DNA from: Haplodiscus bocki
Lineage: Eukaryota
Reading direction: 5' to 3'
Length of the DNA: 64,000 bases
NCBI GenBank assembly: GCA_965655095.1
Contig: OZ296650.1
Span: 4,154,001-4,218,000 of the forward strand
Position numbers and translations under genes: made by a program. Positions 13,200-25,486 of the stretch are shown here, piece after piece. Each line of letters starts with the position of its first letter. Positions within the stretch are counted from its first letter, which is position 1. Below the pieces are notes generated by a model, which saw nothing but the letters and a program-made list of their open reading frames with translations, made no database searches and was not told the DNA's origin.

Positions 13200-16100
13200 A
13201 CACTTTGCAAGTAGCATCTAAGTGTCTCCCTTATTGTTCTTAAAGTCGTGATATAAAGATAACGTTCTGCAGACAGCAGCATCCTTCTCTAAAAAAGTGG
13301 GCTCAACCGTCGCACGTCGCCACCTGATTTTCATTGTTAGCTCTCTTCTATTCTTCAGAATGTGTGAGGAAGCAACTTATTCTCAATTCTTGAACACGAG
13401 ACTTTGGTGAGTCTTCTAAATGTTCTCTACAGCTCTTAAATTATGTCAATTTATCATGTGTCAAGGTAACAAAAGTTGTTCCTGGGAAATGTTCAGAAGA
13501 AAAAATTGTCTAGGTTGAAAGAGCAGTTAGATTTTCTTTGACTAATTTAGAGGAGCATCAATTCATTGGTTGGCTCTAAATATACAACCAATTCCTGCTC
13601 GTTCAGCTGATCGGGTGTGCTGATTTTGCTATTGCCCTCATCTTTGGTCAAATGAGTCTTTGCAAGTTCCCTATCTTTTTCCAGTTCAATGTGGAGGTAG
13701 CATTTCCCATGTTGTAGGATTAAGAAGCGCTTCTGAAAATCCTCGATTGTTTTTTCTCAGTATGTTCACCACGTTGGCCTTGTCGTCCTTCTTTTTGCTA
13801 TTCTGATTGTAGAAGGTGGCTTACATGGAAATTTGCCGGCCCTATTCTGAAATATAGTTGTTTGACTGGGTTCCAAACGAGTGGTGGGAAGGTGGAGTAA
13901 CCCAGTGAAGAGCGGAATTCCACAGGTTTCATACGTCTGTTCCACATCTTCACTGAGTTATTAAACGATGATGATAGCAAAGTTTTCAATGAGCGTGGCT
14001 CTGATTTCGGTTCGTTGGAGCAACCTGACTTCCTGTTGGTCTGCTCATCTATCTCGGGTCATAGTGGTAACGAATAGATTAGTTTTTGTCAAATAAAACT
14101 GAATCCAATTTTTTTACATCGCCGGGTGATGTTCTGGTGGCTCTTGAATTGTAGTGTTTTTACTTATTGCTGACTCTTCATTTTTGTGTCAGTTGCGAAA
14201 CCTGTGTTCTATGTAGATGACATACTGTTTCAGTAACATGCTACAGTTTCCGATCGTGCTTCCATCCACGGAGTATTCTTTCGGTCATGACAGAGCTTGT
14301 TTTTATGAAATCGCAGGGTAAAAGTTTTGGGTTGTTAAGAAGGGTGTCAACATCAATCTTGATACTGCTGCAAAAACCTTGAACATAGATGCACCAAATT
14401 TCATTTCAGTGAGCTTCAAGAACTTAGTGCGGAATTCGAGGCAGTCAATTTCCTTCCTCCATTCTACTGTTAATCTTGATGACGCAGATTTCTTGACCAC
14501 CAACCACTGGAGGCATCAGTGTCAAGAAGAAAACGAACCTTTTTTTCAGTTAACGATGACAGGGTTACTGCGTATGACAGGTCTTTTTCTGTTCAGTTCG
14601 AAATCAAGTTGAGCATCAGGGGGAACAATTAACAGTTCATAGGTTTTCGAGTCAGTTTCTTCATGGTGTGGATTATCGTTGCATAGTTGAAAATGGAATA
14701 ACAGCAGTGATTGTGACACAGCCAATCAAACTGACAAGACATTTACCGTTATGAGGAACTGTCAAATCCTCTTGTTGGAAGCGTTCTTTTAGGGGGTCAC
14801 GCCCTCTGCGTAATAGGTGTTTGCCAAGATCTTGTCTTCTGTCCACCAGAAGTTTCAATTGGCTGACTGGCACTTGAATCTGTCGGGTGTGATGCTATTG
14901 AAGACCATTTTCAGTCTCCTCTAAAGATACTCAGGCAGTACAGTGGAAGTGATGATAGCACAAAACCAGACAACTGGCTCTCTATCCAATCGACCACAGG
15001 GTTTTATTAACTCTTTGAAATGTGACAATTGCATTCCAGAGATCGAATGATATACACAAGCCTGGCTCGCAAGGGAGAACGGTTTCCTTAACATCATTCC
15101 ATTTTAGTTTTTCAGAGGGATATGCGGGAACATTGCAGCTAAATCTGACTGCTGAAACACTCTGGTTTGCTTGAACGGAAGAAGTCCTCACAGATCGTTG
15201 GCGCAGGAGAAGCATCAATGAAGGTGACGTCCTTGAGTTGCTAAAACTGCCGTTCCTCGCATTTTTCTCACCATGACGATTCCATTTTCCCGAAGCTGAG
15301 TACACCTGCGCTATCATGCTTAAGGTGTGAATGGCAACGCACTACCTACCAGTCATTCTTCTTGCTCCATTACGCTGAAGATCAGCGCTTGGGATTAGCT
15401 GAATACCATGTACAGCCAAATATTTGAGCCTCAACATTCCTTGTGCCTCATGAAAACTTCTTCAATTTTCCCGAGTTGTTGGCTCAGTCCAGACTCCACT
15501 TCTACTCCCAAGAACAATTTACTGGAACAATGTCTGACCCTGGGACGGGTTTCAACAAAACCGAGTCCAGATCTTGTCCTGTTTCGAACTCAGGCTACTT
15601 CGTCGTGGGGTAATCAGATGACCACAGAAGCTCTGGCTCGTGTGATGGAATAGTTTAAAATTGGTCATTCACAATTACATTAGGCATATTCTCCTTCATT
15701 TTTTACTTCATTTGTGTTTCGAGTTTGACTTTCCTTGTGAAATTTCATGAAGTACACTTCTTCAATCAATTGCCAAGACATTTGTCTCGTTAGTGTTGTT
15801 CCTCATTTAAGAAAACACTGATTGGACCGGCGTTACGATGTCCCAGCGTCAGTTCAAGCAAATGACAGTTGACTACTGCGTTGTTTCGGGTGACGAGAGG
15901 AAGTTTTTGTGGACCTTTCAATATTGAGTTCATTTGAAAGGTAGCCGTGCAGAGCAACAAAGTCAACCTGGAAGAAGATACAGTTTCAATTAAGCATATT
16001 CTTTCCGTTCTACGAAGGATTCCGTTAGCAGCCGCGGTAATTATATGCTAGGTTAGTGTACTGCATGAAGAACTGTAGCCCGGCAATTGTCATCCTTGAT

Positions 16101-17100
16101 TGTCCAGCTTGAGTTTCTATTCAGCCATGTAAATTGACAGGTTTTGGGCGCTTTGATAAAAGTTTTACTAAAGTTGCAAACTGATCAATGTAACCCACCT
16201 TGAGCAGACATAGTGGAAAAGGTCTAAATGGCTCCAGGGCTGGTTGCGGGATAACTGCTGGTACCGCCGCAGAGCTTGCAGCGTATGGGTTTCTTGTTAA
16301 TGTCGCGTTGTTCTTATAGAGCACAACTCTTGACATGGCTTTTTCTCGGTAATGGTCTTTCACTTTTTTGGCAAAAAAGTCAATTCCTATGGCGCATGCT
16401 TGGTTTCTCAGTACGGCTCTCCAGTTCATATGGCGATAATTCGACGCAGATCCTGGTTTTTGACCCCAGCTATAAACTTTTGCATTACATAAGATCTTCG
16501 AATCTGTCAAGTCCTCATGGTAACCTTTGCTTGTCAAACTTGTAGCTCATGCAATTACTGCTTTTCTGAGCTTCCTGGATTTTGTTTCCGGGTAGCGAGG
16601 GAGTTCGTCCTTTGGGCGCTATCTTCTCCAACTCTGATTCGTCGCATCAAAGGTTGAAAAAAACTTTTGGGTTCGCTGTTATTCGATTTCAGTTTGTTCA
16701 GAATGCGATCGCTCGCTTCGTTTTCCACGAACTTGTTTACCAACCATACTAAATGCGGTTTCACTGTGGATGTTTGGAAAACCTTGATCACGTGCCTAAT
16801 GTTAGTAATCTATCCTTCAGTTTTCCACTGCGGGTTCCTGTGAAAACCATGGTTTTGACTTTCATGGCATTTCGATCCACTGGATGACGTAGACATCTGG
16901 TGGTGTTCACTAAGAGTTGGTCGAAAAAAAGGTTAGTGACATTGGAAAGAGGAAGGTGGACATAGACTCCAATTATCACTGGTTCCTTATCTGTTTCTGG
17001 CAGTTCATCCTCACGGTGGTTGCTATTCTTCAGCTTCCTCCAATTTTCAATGAGTTTCATTTGTCTGCAACTACAAAAAGTTGAAAAGTGTCCACCGTAA
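13200..17100 (-). mobile_element. Very old, heavily mutated Gypsy-like gag-pol remnant
   Basis: Minus-strand relics in Gypsy order: gag with a decayed zinc knuckle (~16100-16800), RT ('QLKDVTFIDASPAPTICED', 'RFKCQ', 'VPHNGKCLVSLIG', ~14700-15320), RNase H (~14300-14550), integrase-like region (~13600-14100). Boundaries approximate. Confidence 0.55.
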
Positions 17101-17499
17101 AGACCTAAATTTTTTTTGTCTCTAGCTCAAGCATGGGCTCGTGTACCATTCTCAACCGTTGTGGCATAGGTGATGATCGAATTTCCAAAGTTATAGGGTG
17201 ACAACGTTGAATCCACGAACATCAGAGCATAAGCAATTTGATCCTTGGTCCCTGGTTCCTAGGTTATGGGGCTCCCTCGTTTCTACTTGAAGGCTGAGTT
17301 TTGCTTTTGTTGGTATCTTTTAGGGTGTTGATGGCCTGCAGGTCTAGAGCCATCTGTTCACTCAAGCAAGAAGTCAAAATTTTGAAACTGCTTCGTTAAG
17401 ACCCAAAGTATTCAAAGCGGTTTGCAATCGATGTTTGTGTTTTTGATTTGGAGGGGTTTGGTGTTTGATTTGTCGAATGCGTTCACTAATATCAGTGGT

Positions 17500-18800
17500 T
17501 TGGGTTCTAACTAATGACATTTCTCCTCACTTTGTTCCTCATGATTGTCTTGTCTCCCCTCAACTTCGTGGCAAAAAGCTACCACTCTCTTGTTCAACTC
17601 ATGTTCCGTGAGTGTTCGCAGGAGCAGAGAGACCGATGCTCATAATGGGTTCTTCGCCTGGATGGTGGCTGCTAAAACAGTGCCGCTGCAGTTATCAAAA
17701 AATTCAGAAACAGAATCAAGTTTTATATGACATCGATTATGGAGGGAATGGAATTAGGCTGTAGTAGGCTAATTTGACGAAAAGTCATGATTGCTGGCAG
17801 CATTCTGATGATCCAGTCGTGCTGGCAATCGGTTCATGAGTTTAGGTTTCTATATTTTTGAAATTGTTTGGGTAAATAAGGTCTAAGTTTCATTTGGAAA
17901 TCGTTCGCTTTTGACTTTTTATGTTAACTAACGGCTCCAAATTGGCTACCTGCAGCCATGGTTTTGTGCCTTTTATCGTCTACGTGCCTTGTTTAGATGT
18001 TGAGAGTACGTATAGCTTTATAGCTTTTATGGAAACTTGTAGGACTGTGATGGTTTGGCTAGAGATCTCCCCCAACGAGTACATCTACTTGCCACCCTTG
18101 TCCACTTGTGTTGATTTTTCGCCGTGGTACGATGCTGACTTGCAAAAAAGACCAACCAAATTTTATCAATGTTAATCCCAAGAACTTGAAGCTTGACATG
18201 CAATAGAGGGAGATCCCATGTTGATGGAACCATGCCGAGATGATTTTTTCCGAGATTGAAAGCTGTTTCTGGTCTGAAAATCAATGATTACGGGGTTTGC
18301 AGGAAAATGGGGTGTTCTTGACGCTTTTCGAATGTTCCGTGTCGAGCAGTCATCCTCCTTGGCAAGAACTTACACACCCGTTGGTATATTCATTGCCAGA
18401 ATCCAAGATTCTTGCCTAAAGGATTCTATGGGAAGATGTAGAACATAGTACCAGTAAAGTGCTGAGCTTTCACTCTTAATCGAATTTCACCAATGAAACT
18501 TCGCTCTCAAAATGGTTTGATTAATTAGAAAGTTGCTCTATCCAACATGTTCGAAACGTCGTGTTGATCCTGAATTTCATCAAAGAATGTCAAAAGGCTT
18601 CTACACAATTTTTTTGGGTGTGAGTCTCATTTTATGTTGTTATATCCCAGAAATTCAGCCAATTTTTGACACTTACAATTATGTGTTCGAGAGGACTGGT
18701 CTGATTGGCCTGAAAAAATCGAACAGTGTTTGATGGCCCTTTAAAGTTGCTCCAATATTCCGATGGGTCAAAATCATTCTGCATTTGTGTCCGAATTTGA
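17500..18800 (-). mobile_element. Possible second degenerate retroelement integrase remnant
   Basis: Only weak integrase-core-like fragments ('PLLHVKLQVLGINIDKIW…'). Confidence 0.25.
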
Positions 18801-20434
18801 GATCTTATGGGTTACAACGCTCCGAAACATGCTTTACGAATTACTGGAGGCATTCCAGGAGCCAAGCTTAGGCCAGAAACCGTTTAAAGGTGGCAAGAAT
18901 CTGTAGACAAGCGGAAAAGGTTGGTGCAACGTCGCGTTTTTGTTTTCAAACGCAAAAAGGGGTGAAACTGGGCAAAATTCAGAAGTGTCAACTTCTGAGC
19001 AAAAAATTTAATCTTGAATTGGTTTTTTCGGGGACTGTTTTTGGTATTCTTTGGCTCAAACCGCTGACGCGTTTTTCATTTGTTTTTTTTTCAGTGATTT
19101 TTTCAAGACAAAATGGTGACTATGCAAAACTTTCTCTTCATTTTTCTGTTCTTCTGTGTTCTGCTGTTTTTTTGACGGCCTATAATGTTCTCAGGTCCTA
19201 TCCTCTGTTCTTGCCATTTGCTGCTGACAGTAAGCGTTAAAAACAAACAAACAAACACATATTTTGAGGGAGAGCAAAGGCTGCTTTGACGCTCAGCGAT
19301 CCTGTTTCAGGTGCTAGTCAGTGTCCCTGAGGTGTAAAAGCAAAAACTGAAATGGAGCAAAGCAATCCTCGGGATTGGTCCCAATGTTACAAAAAATTGC
19401 AGATTAACGATTACTATGAAGTTCAAATTAGCAAACAATTGCTACCTTTTGCCACAAAATTGTCGCATATTGCTTGATAAGTACCGGTATACGTGCAAAA
19501 CACATTCTGGAGAGTTGTAATTTCCTCATGACTTGAAAAAGACCAAAAAAACACCCCCTCCGGTACTGAGTTTTACCGATCATGGGCTGTAGTATTTGAT
19601 TCTCCATAATCTATTTCTCACGACACAGCTCCGCTACAGTTTCGTTATGGTCATCAATCAAGAGTAGAGTGTACAAGAAAGCAGCCAGAGGATCGGCGAA
19701 GAGAATGATCAGATATATTATAAACATAGAGATTTTTTGTAAACTTACTCATGTTGGTAAATGTCGAAAAACTCTTTGAATCTTTTATAGGGTTCTTTTC
19801 GGAAAATTCGGGCCTATGGTTTGCCGCTGGTGGGCGGTCATTTTCTTCCCATCTTTTCTTTTCTCTCCTTGTCAAGCTTTTGTTTTCTTCAGTCATCTGT
19901 CGATTCAGGCGGCGTCAACTGTCAAAATCTTGGAACAACCACGTTTTTGCCCAAACTGACGTTCAGGTACTTAGAAAGAGATTTGACCACCCAGCCGAAA
20001 CTTTTTTGCTCACTGTCTGAATAGAGTAAAAAAACTTCGAACTTCTTCCAAAATATTGTATTGGGCTTCTGATGTTTCCTTTCGACACACCAAATTTTCG
20101 ACACACCTTGTAACAACACCAGATTTTTGAGAAAACTCGAAAAATTTTGGAGTTCATTTTAGAAAAAAAAACGAAAAGGTTTTTTTCAGCATCTTGATAT
20201 GTAATTTTTAACCAATATGGTTTGCCGGGAACAAAAAATAACAAAACAACTCCAGTAGTGTGTAAAAAGGCATTTGACGCCAAAAGACGCGGACGCAGCA
20301 AAAACCAAGCAGAAAATAATGAAAATTAAACTATGTCAAGGGAGGTAGACAGGAAAAAATTTTTAACATACCTGTTTTTTCTCCACCACACGTACGAAAG
20401 CGTGTATACATAATACCACATTTACGTCTACGTA

Positions 20435-21172
20435 AACTTGTGAAGCAACGGTAAAATGAACTTGCACGTGTATTTTTTTACGTTTACGTGATATTGAAAA
20501 AATGTATACAAAAACTAGTATTTCTTTTTCTTCTTCGCCTCCTATAGCCTAGTGGTATTTGTTACATTGACTAAAGTTAAGCCTGTGCTTGCATATTCGT
20601 CGTGTTTGTGGTTCACGACTAACCAACGTCCCACTGTCTATGTCAACATCACGCACAAAAGCTATATGGAGGAACTGTCGATGTCTTGAAGCTTGATAAA
20701 GTACGTGTGATCGACGGGGATATCCACCAGGAACGCTCACTCGATAGACAGCTGAAAAGCTAGACACGAAAGTTGGCCAGTGGATATTTTTTGTCATAAA
20801 CGAAAACACGATTTCTGAGAAATATTCACACTATGTCGACATACCTTAAACATGTAGAGATATAAAACTTTGAGCTACAACAAAGTGTGATTTGTCATTC
20901 GTTGGCCCGTTAAAAGTTTAGTGTACCCTGAAAATTTCAACCCCATATCTATCATAATCTTCGAGAAAATTAACAGAAACAGAAAATGTCGACATACCTT
21001 AAACATGTAGAGATTACAAAAGTATGTTAAATTGTAAGATTTCTTTTTCTTAGATAGAATTCTATCATAGTATCTTGTATTTCTTTGTCCTCATAGAATA
21101 TACTTTTTAGATTTGTCGTTATTTTTAACATGTCTAGTCTTTTCGAAGTATTCTTTTAATTTTACAACCATT
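20435..21172 (+). repeat. Polinton left terminal inverted repeat
   Basis: Reverse complement of ~38235-38819, plus an extra 153 bp unit bounded by the 29-bp direct repeat 'atgtcgacataccttaaacatgtagagat' (20833-20861, 20986-21014). Confidence 0.93.
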
Positions 21173-21193
21173 TATAAGAAAGCAAATAGGATA

Positions 21194-21517
21194 TTATTTG
21201 TCATTATCATTTAAATTATGTCTATTAGTCTGTTGTTCGTCTCTAATCAATTTCTCAAATGAGAGCATGTATAATATGTTTTCTCTTAAATAATGAATAT
21301 TTTCAATAATTTTTTCAACATCATTTTCGTAAATTTTTAAAATTACATCGTCTATTATAGATAAACTTACAAGAATTCTACTATGTGGAATTGTTTTATA
21401 AAAACTGTTAGTTATACATTTACGTACTTGATTCAATTCTACTGTAATACCTATGTTTGTATAATCATAAAAGACTGAAGCATTACAAAAATTTAATATA
21501 CCTTTTACACTCTCCAT
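21194..21517 (-). CDS. Polinton hypothetical protein (107 aa)
   Basis: Open ATG-initiated ORF in the left minus-strand cassette; no motif recognised. Confidence 0.6.
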   Translation of the reverse strand: MESVKGILNFCNASVFYDYTNIGITVELNQVRKCITNSFYKTIPHSRILVSLSIIDDVILKIYENDVEKIIENIHYLRENILYMLSFEKLIRDEQQTNRHNLNDNDK

Positions 21518-21549
21518 TTGTTATACATAAAACATGTCACCAATCACAC

Positions 21550-21936
21550 CTAATCATAATTTGAATGAATTTTATATATTTCCAATTCTTTAAAAGATTC
21601 CTCCTCACATGGATGCATCCGATTCAAATTAGTATCGTAATCAATCTTATCCTTTTTAATAAATTTGAAATTCGGAGTCAACAGATAATAATTTTCTTTA
21701 CCCGTAGTTATACTATTAGGACATAAATTATTTCCCATGTTCGAGATATATTCATAAATACTATCACCAGTAACAAAACTACACACCACATCACCACCAA
21801 AATATACATTTTTATGTCTACCATTTTCTTCACTTATTTTTAGTAAAATGGTATTTCCATCAAATACTGATTTATTCAAGGCTCCAGAAAACTTAGTCAT
21901 ATTACATACTTGGCTTTTACCTAAAAATATTCTCAT
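21550..21936 (-). CDS. Hypothetical protein resembling a family found in giant viruses (Nucleocytoviricota)
   Basis: 'IFLGKS…MTKFSG…FDGNTILL…VYFGGDVVCSF.T.D.I.EYISNMGNN..P….G.ENYYLL' recalls Mimiviridae-type hypothetical proteins (recalled pattern, not searched). The frame stays open upstream to ~22010. Confidence 0.55.
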   Translation of the reverse strand: MRIFLGKSQVCNMTKFSGALNKSVFDGNTILLKISEENGRHKNVYFGGDVVCSFVTGDSIYEYISNMGNNLCPNSITTGKENYYLLTPNFKFIKKDKIDYDTNLNRMHPCEEESFKELEIYKIHSNYD

Positions 21937-22044
21937 CGGCTTTGCACAATTTATAGTATTTTCATCATTTGAGATAACTTCGATTTTCTGTACTTTAACA
22001 CATCCATTATTTTATATGTTACTCCATAACATTTACAATTATTT

Positions 22045-22867
22045 TCAGTGATATATATTATAGTCATTTATAGAGAGAAAATCACATTTAGTAAAATCAT
22101 GGAAATGACGTTCTCGACAATGCTGATTATGTTTATAATATCTATCGTGTGCGACTTTTGAGTAATGCTTCTTCCATTTTTTAGGAATATTATCACATCT
22201 TAAATAAACGTTCGCAACATTTTTTTGAATTCTTCCTTGTATTCTAATTGTCAATTCGAGAGCTCTATCTAATAAGTTTAATCATCCCTTTAGACGATTG
22301 CATTATTTTTTTCACTTTTCCAATAAAGTTCATATGTTCAATCATAATGTTTTTTGTTTTGTTTTCTATTTTATGAAAAAATTTAACATTACATTTAACA
22401 TTAACTTTTCTATAATAATAATAGCCATTTTTTTGATTATATTCAAGTTGTGTGTTTTTTTTTGTAATATTATTTATTTCAAAAAATTTCGGATTGATAT
22501 AAATAAGTTCACTAGTAACAAACATTTATATAATTCAATTTCTTTGAAATAAAATCACGACAATGTCGTAAATTGGTTACCAGACTCTTTTAAAAAATTG
22601 TGAGTTGGTTTTACTTTCCAGACATTCAATTCCACTAATTTTCATTTTTAATTCTATATCTAAATCTCTTATTGTTGTACCCACTATATTTATCAATTCT
22701 TTAAGAACAACATTCTGAATTGAATTATCATTTCCTATTTTCGATTGATAATTATAAGGTAATCTATTATATCTATCTAACATATCGTTTATTTTATTTC
22801 GTACTTTGGGATCTTTTTTAATTACATTTATAAGAGCTTCCGTTTTAATAATGATAATTCTTTTCAA
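22045..22867 (-). pseudogene. Polinton hypothetical ORFs (fragments 22045-22254, 22265-22525, 22577-22867)
   Basis: Closely packed minus-strand ORFs; the one at 22525 starts in TAAATG context. Confidence 0.5.
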
Positions 22868-22885
22868 ATAATCTTATCTTAATAA

Positions 22886-23071
22886 ATGAATAGTGATATT
22901 CAACAAGTTATTTGCTGTGAAGATGGAGAATATAGAGTATTCTGTGATATTTGTGATGAATTATGTATAGAACGATATTATAAAAATAATTTAACATCAA
23001 AAACTCTTACTAATAATATTCGTAAAAGAGACCAATTAAATAAATCATTTCAAATAAATCTACCTAATTAA
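22886..23071 (+). CDS. Small zinc-finger-like protein
   Basis: 'YRVFCDICDELCIERYYKNNLTSKTL': CxxC with decayed His ligands; TAAATG start. Confidence 0.55.
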   Translation: MNSDIQQVICCEDGEYRVFCDICDELCIERYYKNNLTSKTLTNNIRKRDQLNKSFQINLPN

Positions 23072-23073
23072 AT

Positions 23074-23616
23074 ATGACTCCTCTTTCTGAAGTATGTGAT
23101 CGATCGATTATCGAAAATCAATCTGGATACAATAATTATCTAGCTACCTTACATAAAAAAGATCATAAAAGTTTATATAAAAAATGTACTAATAATAATA
23201 GTAAATTGGATGAAGTTATTAAAATATTAAACGATTATATCTCTAATCAAAACAAATTTTTTGATTATTATTTTAATAATTGTGAATTTGTAATAGAATT
23301 TGATAATAATTTTATAGCAAATATAAAAATTAATTTTTTTTAAAATACAGATACTATCAATATAAATAGACATTTATTATATGATATTGATTGTTTTAAA
23401 ACAAGAGGACTCAAATTTTATAATGTCAATCAAATGACAATCAATATAAATAGTGATAGGTGTAATATGACATATGAACATTATATTAATTAACCAATGC
23501 ACGCTGTTGAAAGAAAGATAAAAATGAATATTGCTGGAAATCCACAATTGATAAAGTCATTAGATCGTAATAAAAATCATCCTCTTATCAGAAACTATTT
23601 ACATATACCATTTGAT
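23074..23616 (+). pseudogene. Polinton hypothetical protein (frameshifted)
   Basis: Track ORF 23074-23343 continues after a T-run frameshift into '…CNMTYEHYIN*PMHAVERKIKMNIAGNPQLIKSLDRNKNHPLIRNYLHIP'. Confidence 0.6.
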
Positions 23617-23625
23617 AACTAATAA

Positions 23626-23814
23626 TTGTACATAACAAATGTTACTGATGATTATAACAATACTTTATCAAAAAGTAATATTTGTACAAACAGTGATAAT
23701 AATATTGAGATAATAATACCTTTATTTACAATCTTCCCATGTGGAATGTCACTTGCATGTTTAATATCGCTAATAGTATATACGCTAATTAAACCTTTAA
23801 TAGGTAAAAAATAA
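23626..23814 (+). CDS. Small single-pass membrane protein (62 aa)
   Basis: Polar N-terminus with NVT/NNT sequons, long hydrophobic stretch 'IIIPLFTIFPCGMSLACLISLIVYTLI', basic KK tail; start codon is TTG. Confidence 0.55.
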   Translation: MYITNVTDDYNNTLSKSNICTNSDNNIEIIIPLFTIFPCGMSLACLISLIVYTLIKPLIGKK

Positions 23815-23842
23815 ATCTCCGATGTAACATATGCTTTAATAA

Positions 23843-24574
23843 ATGACAATTGATAAAATTCTCTATCCAAATCATCCAGTCAGATGTATTATAACAGGAC
23901 CTAGCGAATGTGGAAAATCAGAAATTATAACAAATATAATTTTAAATATCATAAACGAATATGATGAAATATATATCTACTCACCGAGTTTACATCAAGA
24001 TTTATATCAAAAATTAATTAAATGTTTCAGTAATTATATACCTATTAACATAATACCAAATATTTTAAATGAAGAAGATATTGATATAGTAATTGAAGAG
24101 ATAGTTAATAATAAAGGCTTCGATAAATCTGATACTGAAATAGAGACATATGAATCAATTGAAGAAATAAGTTTTCCACAGGACTATGAAAATAATGGTA
24201 TAATTATCCTAGATGATTTAAATGAAAAAGAAATTAACAATGATAAAATACAAGCGATGTTTAAACGAGGACGTTATAATAATTTATCTATTTTCATAAT
24301 CAGTCAAGATTATTACGAACTACCAAAGAGAACAAGAAGAGCTACTGGAAATATCTATCATATATTCGAACCAAACAATTTCTTAGACGTTAGTATTATT
24401 TATCAAGACAAAGCAAGTATCGATATGACATTAGATGAATTTAAATACTTAACTAGTACTTGTTGGAATGAAAAATATCAACCTTTTCTTATTGATATGA
24501 CAAAAGACAAGTTCTGCGGTCGATATCGATTAGGATTAAATTCAATATTTGTTCCTGATAGCTCTCCGTTTTGA
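23843..24574 (+). CDS. Genome-packaging ATPase (A32/FtsK-HerA family)
   Basis: Walker A 'GPSECGKS', Walker B 'IIILDD', arginine-finger region 'FKRGRYNNLSIFIISQ'; intact 243 aa. Confidence 0.93.
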   Translation: MTIDKILYPNHPVRCIITGPSECGKSEIITNIILNIINEYDEIYIYSPSLHQDLYQKLIKCFSNYIPINIIPNILNEEDIDIVIEEIVNNKGFDKSDTEIETYESIEEISFPQDYENNGIIILDDLNEKEINNDKIQAMFKRGRYNNLSIFIISQDYYELPKRTRRATGNIYHIFEPNNFLDVSIIYQDKASIDMTLDEFKYLTSTCWNEKYQPFLIDMTKDKFCGRYRLGLNSIFVPDSSPF

Positions 24575-24619
24575 AAAAAAATACTTACAATTTTATTCGA
24601 ACACATTTACGATACTTAA

Positions 24620-25486
24620 ATGAGTATCTATTCTAATGTGACAGAAGAAGATTTGAATAATTTACGTAAATTAGCCGATCTGCAGAAAACTCAAAGAGCC
24701 CTTAATTTTAAAAATAGGATTTTGAAACAAACTCATGATATAAAATTAGCAGAAAGTTTCTCACCAATAAGTAAAAAATTAGATACTATTAAAAAATCCA
24801 CTAAACAATTAGGTGAAACAGTTAAAAAATCAAATGTTGAAGATGGCCACTCTCAAACACCAGCTATAGAAAATACAACAACCTCACAATCATTACGCGA
24901 CACTTTGTCATTTATGAGGACAAGTGAAAACTTCATCAAATTAGAACAAAGAGATCGTGGTGAAGTATTTTGGAATGGTGTATTTATTAAACCATATGGA
25001 GAAAATAGAGTTCGTGTTAATGATCAAGAACATGATATAACTCCTGATGTACAGGCATATTTCACTAATACAAAATTCACTACTAAATTTTTGGATAATA
25101 TTGAAAAAGAAACTGTGTCTGAAATAGATAAAAATGTTAGATTTCATGAAAATATACCTAAAATAGGTTTTAATTCAGCTAGAATGAAAATTGCTTTATA
25201 TAATCTTCCAAAAGAAATAGCTAAAATTCGAAATCCACCTTTACCAACAATTGAAATTGTAGAAGATTCTAGTGATCTAGAAGGTAAAAGAGGAAAAAAA
25301 AATGTCATCCCTTCAAACATAATTGATATCTACACTACATTACAAATCTTTCTAGGATTAAAAATATCAGGCCATACTGATACTCTAACAGAAGCTAGTA
25401 ATTTAATTGATGATTTATATAAAAGAGGTGAAATACAAAATGAACAACAATATCGGAATGCTCTTAACGAATTTTCTTCGCGTTAA
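24620..25486 (+). CDS. Conserved Polinton virion-module protein (288 aa)
   Basis: Intact ORF between ATPase and penton; C-terminal 'IYTTLQIFLGLKISGHTDTLTEASNLIDDLYKRGEI' resembles the LxxxxxAGN…E…ixdeL motif common in Polintons. Confidence 0.7.
   Translation: MSIYSNVTEEDLNNLRKLADLQKTQRALNFKNRILKQTHDIKLAESFSPISKKLDTIKKSTKQLGETVKKSNVEDGHSQTPAIENTTTSQSLRDTLSFMRTSENFIKLEQRDRGEVFWNGVFIKPYGENRVRVNDQEHDITPDVQAYFTNTKFTTKFLDNIEKETVSEIDKNVRFHENIPKIGFNSARMKIALYNLPKEIAKIRNPPLPTIEIVEDSSDLEGKRGKKNVIPSNIIDIYTTLQIFLGLKISGHTDTLTEASNLIDDLYKRGEIQNEQQYRNALNEFSSR

Noticed and set aside
18890-20330. ORF cluster (e.g. 19654-19896) as a gag/ORF1 remnant or part of the Polinton
   Set aside because: No diagnostic motif; outside TIR homology and different in composition from the Polinton.
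20549-20809. 86-aa ORF open in both TIRs (mirror at 38445-38705)
   Set aside because: GTG start, no TAAATG context, no motif and many amino-acid changes between the copies; duplication is explained by the TIR.
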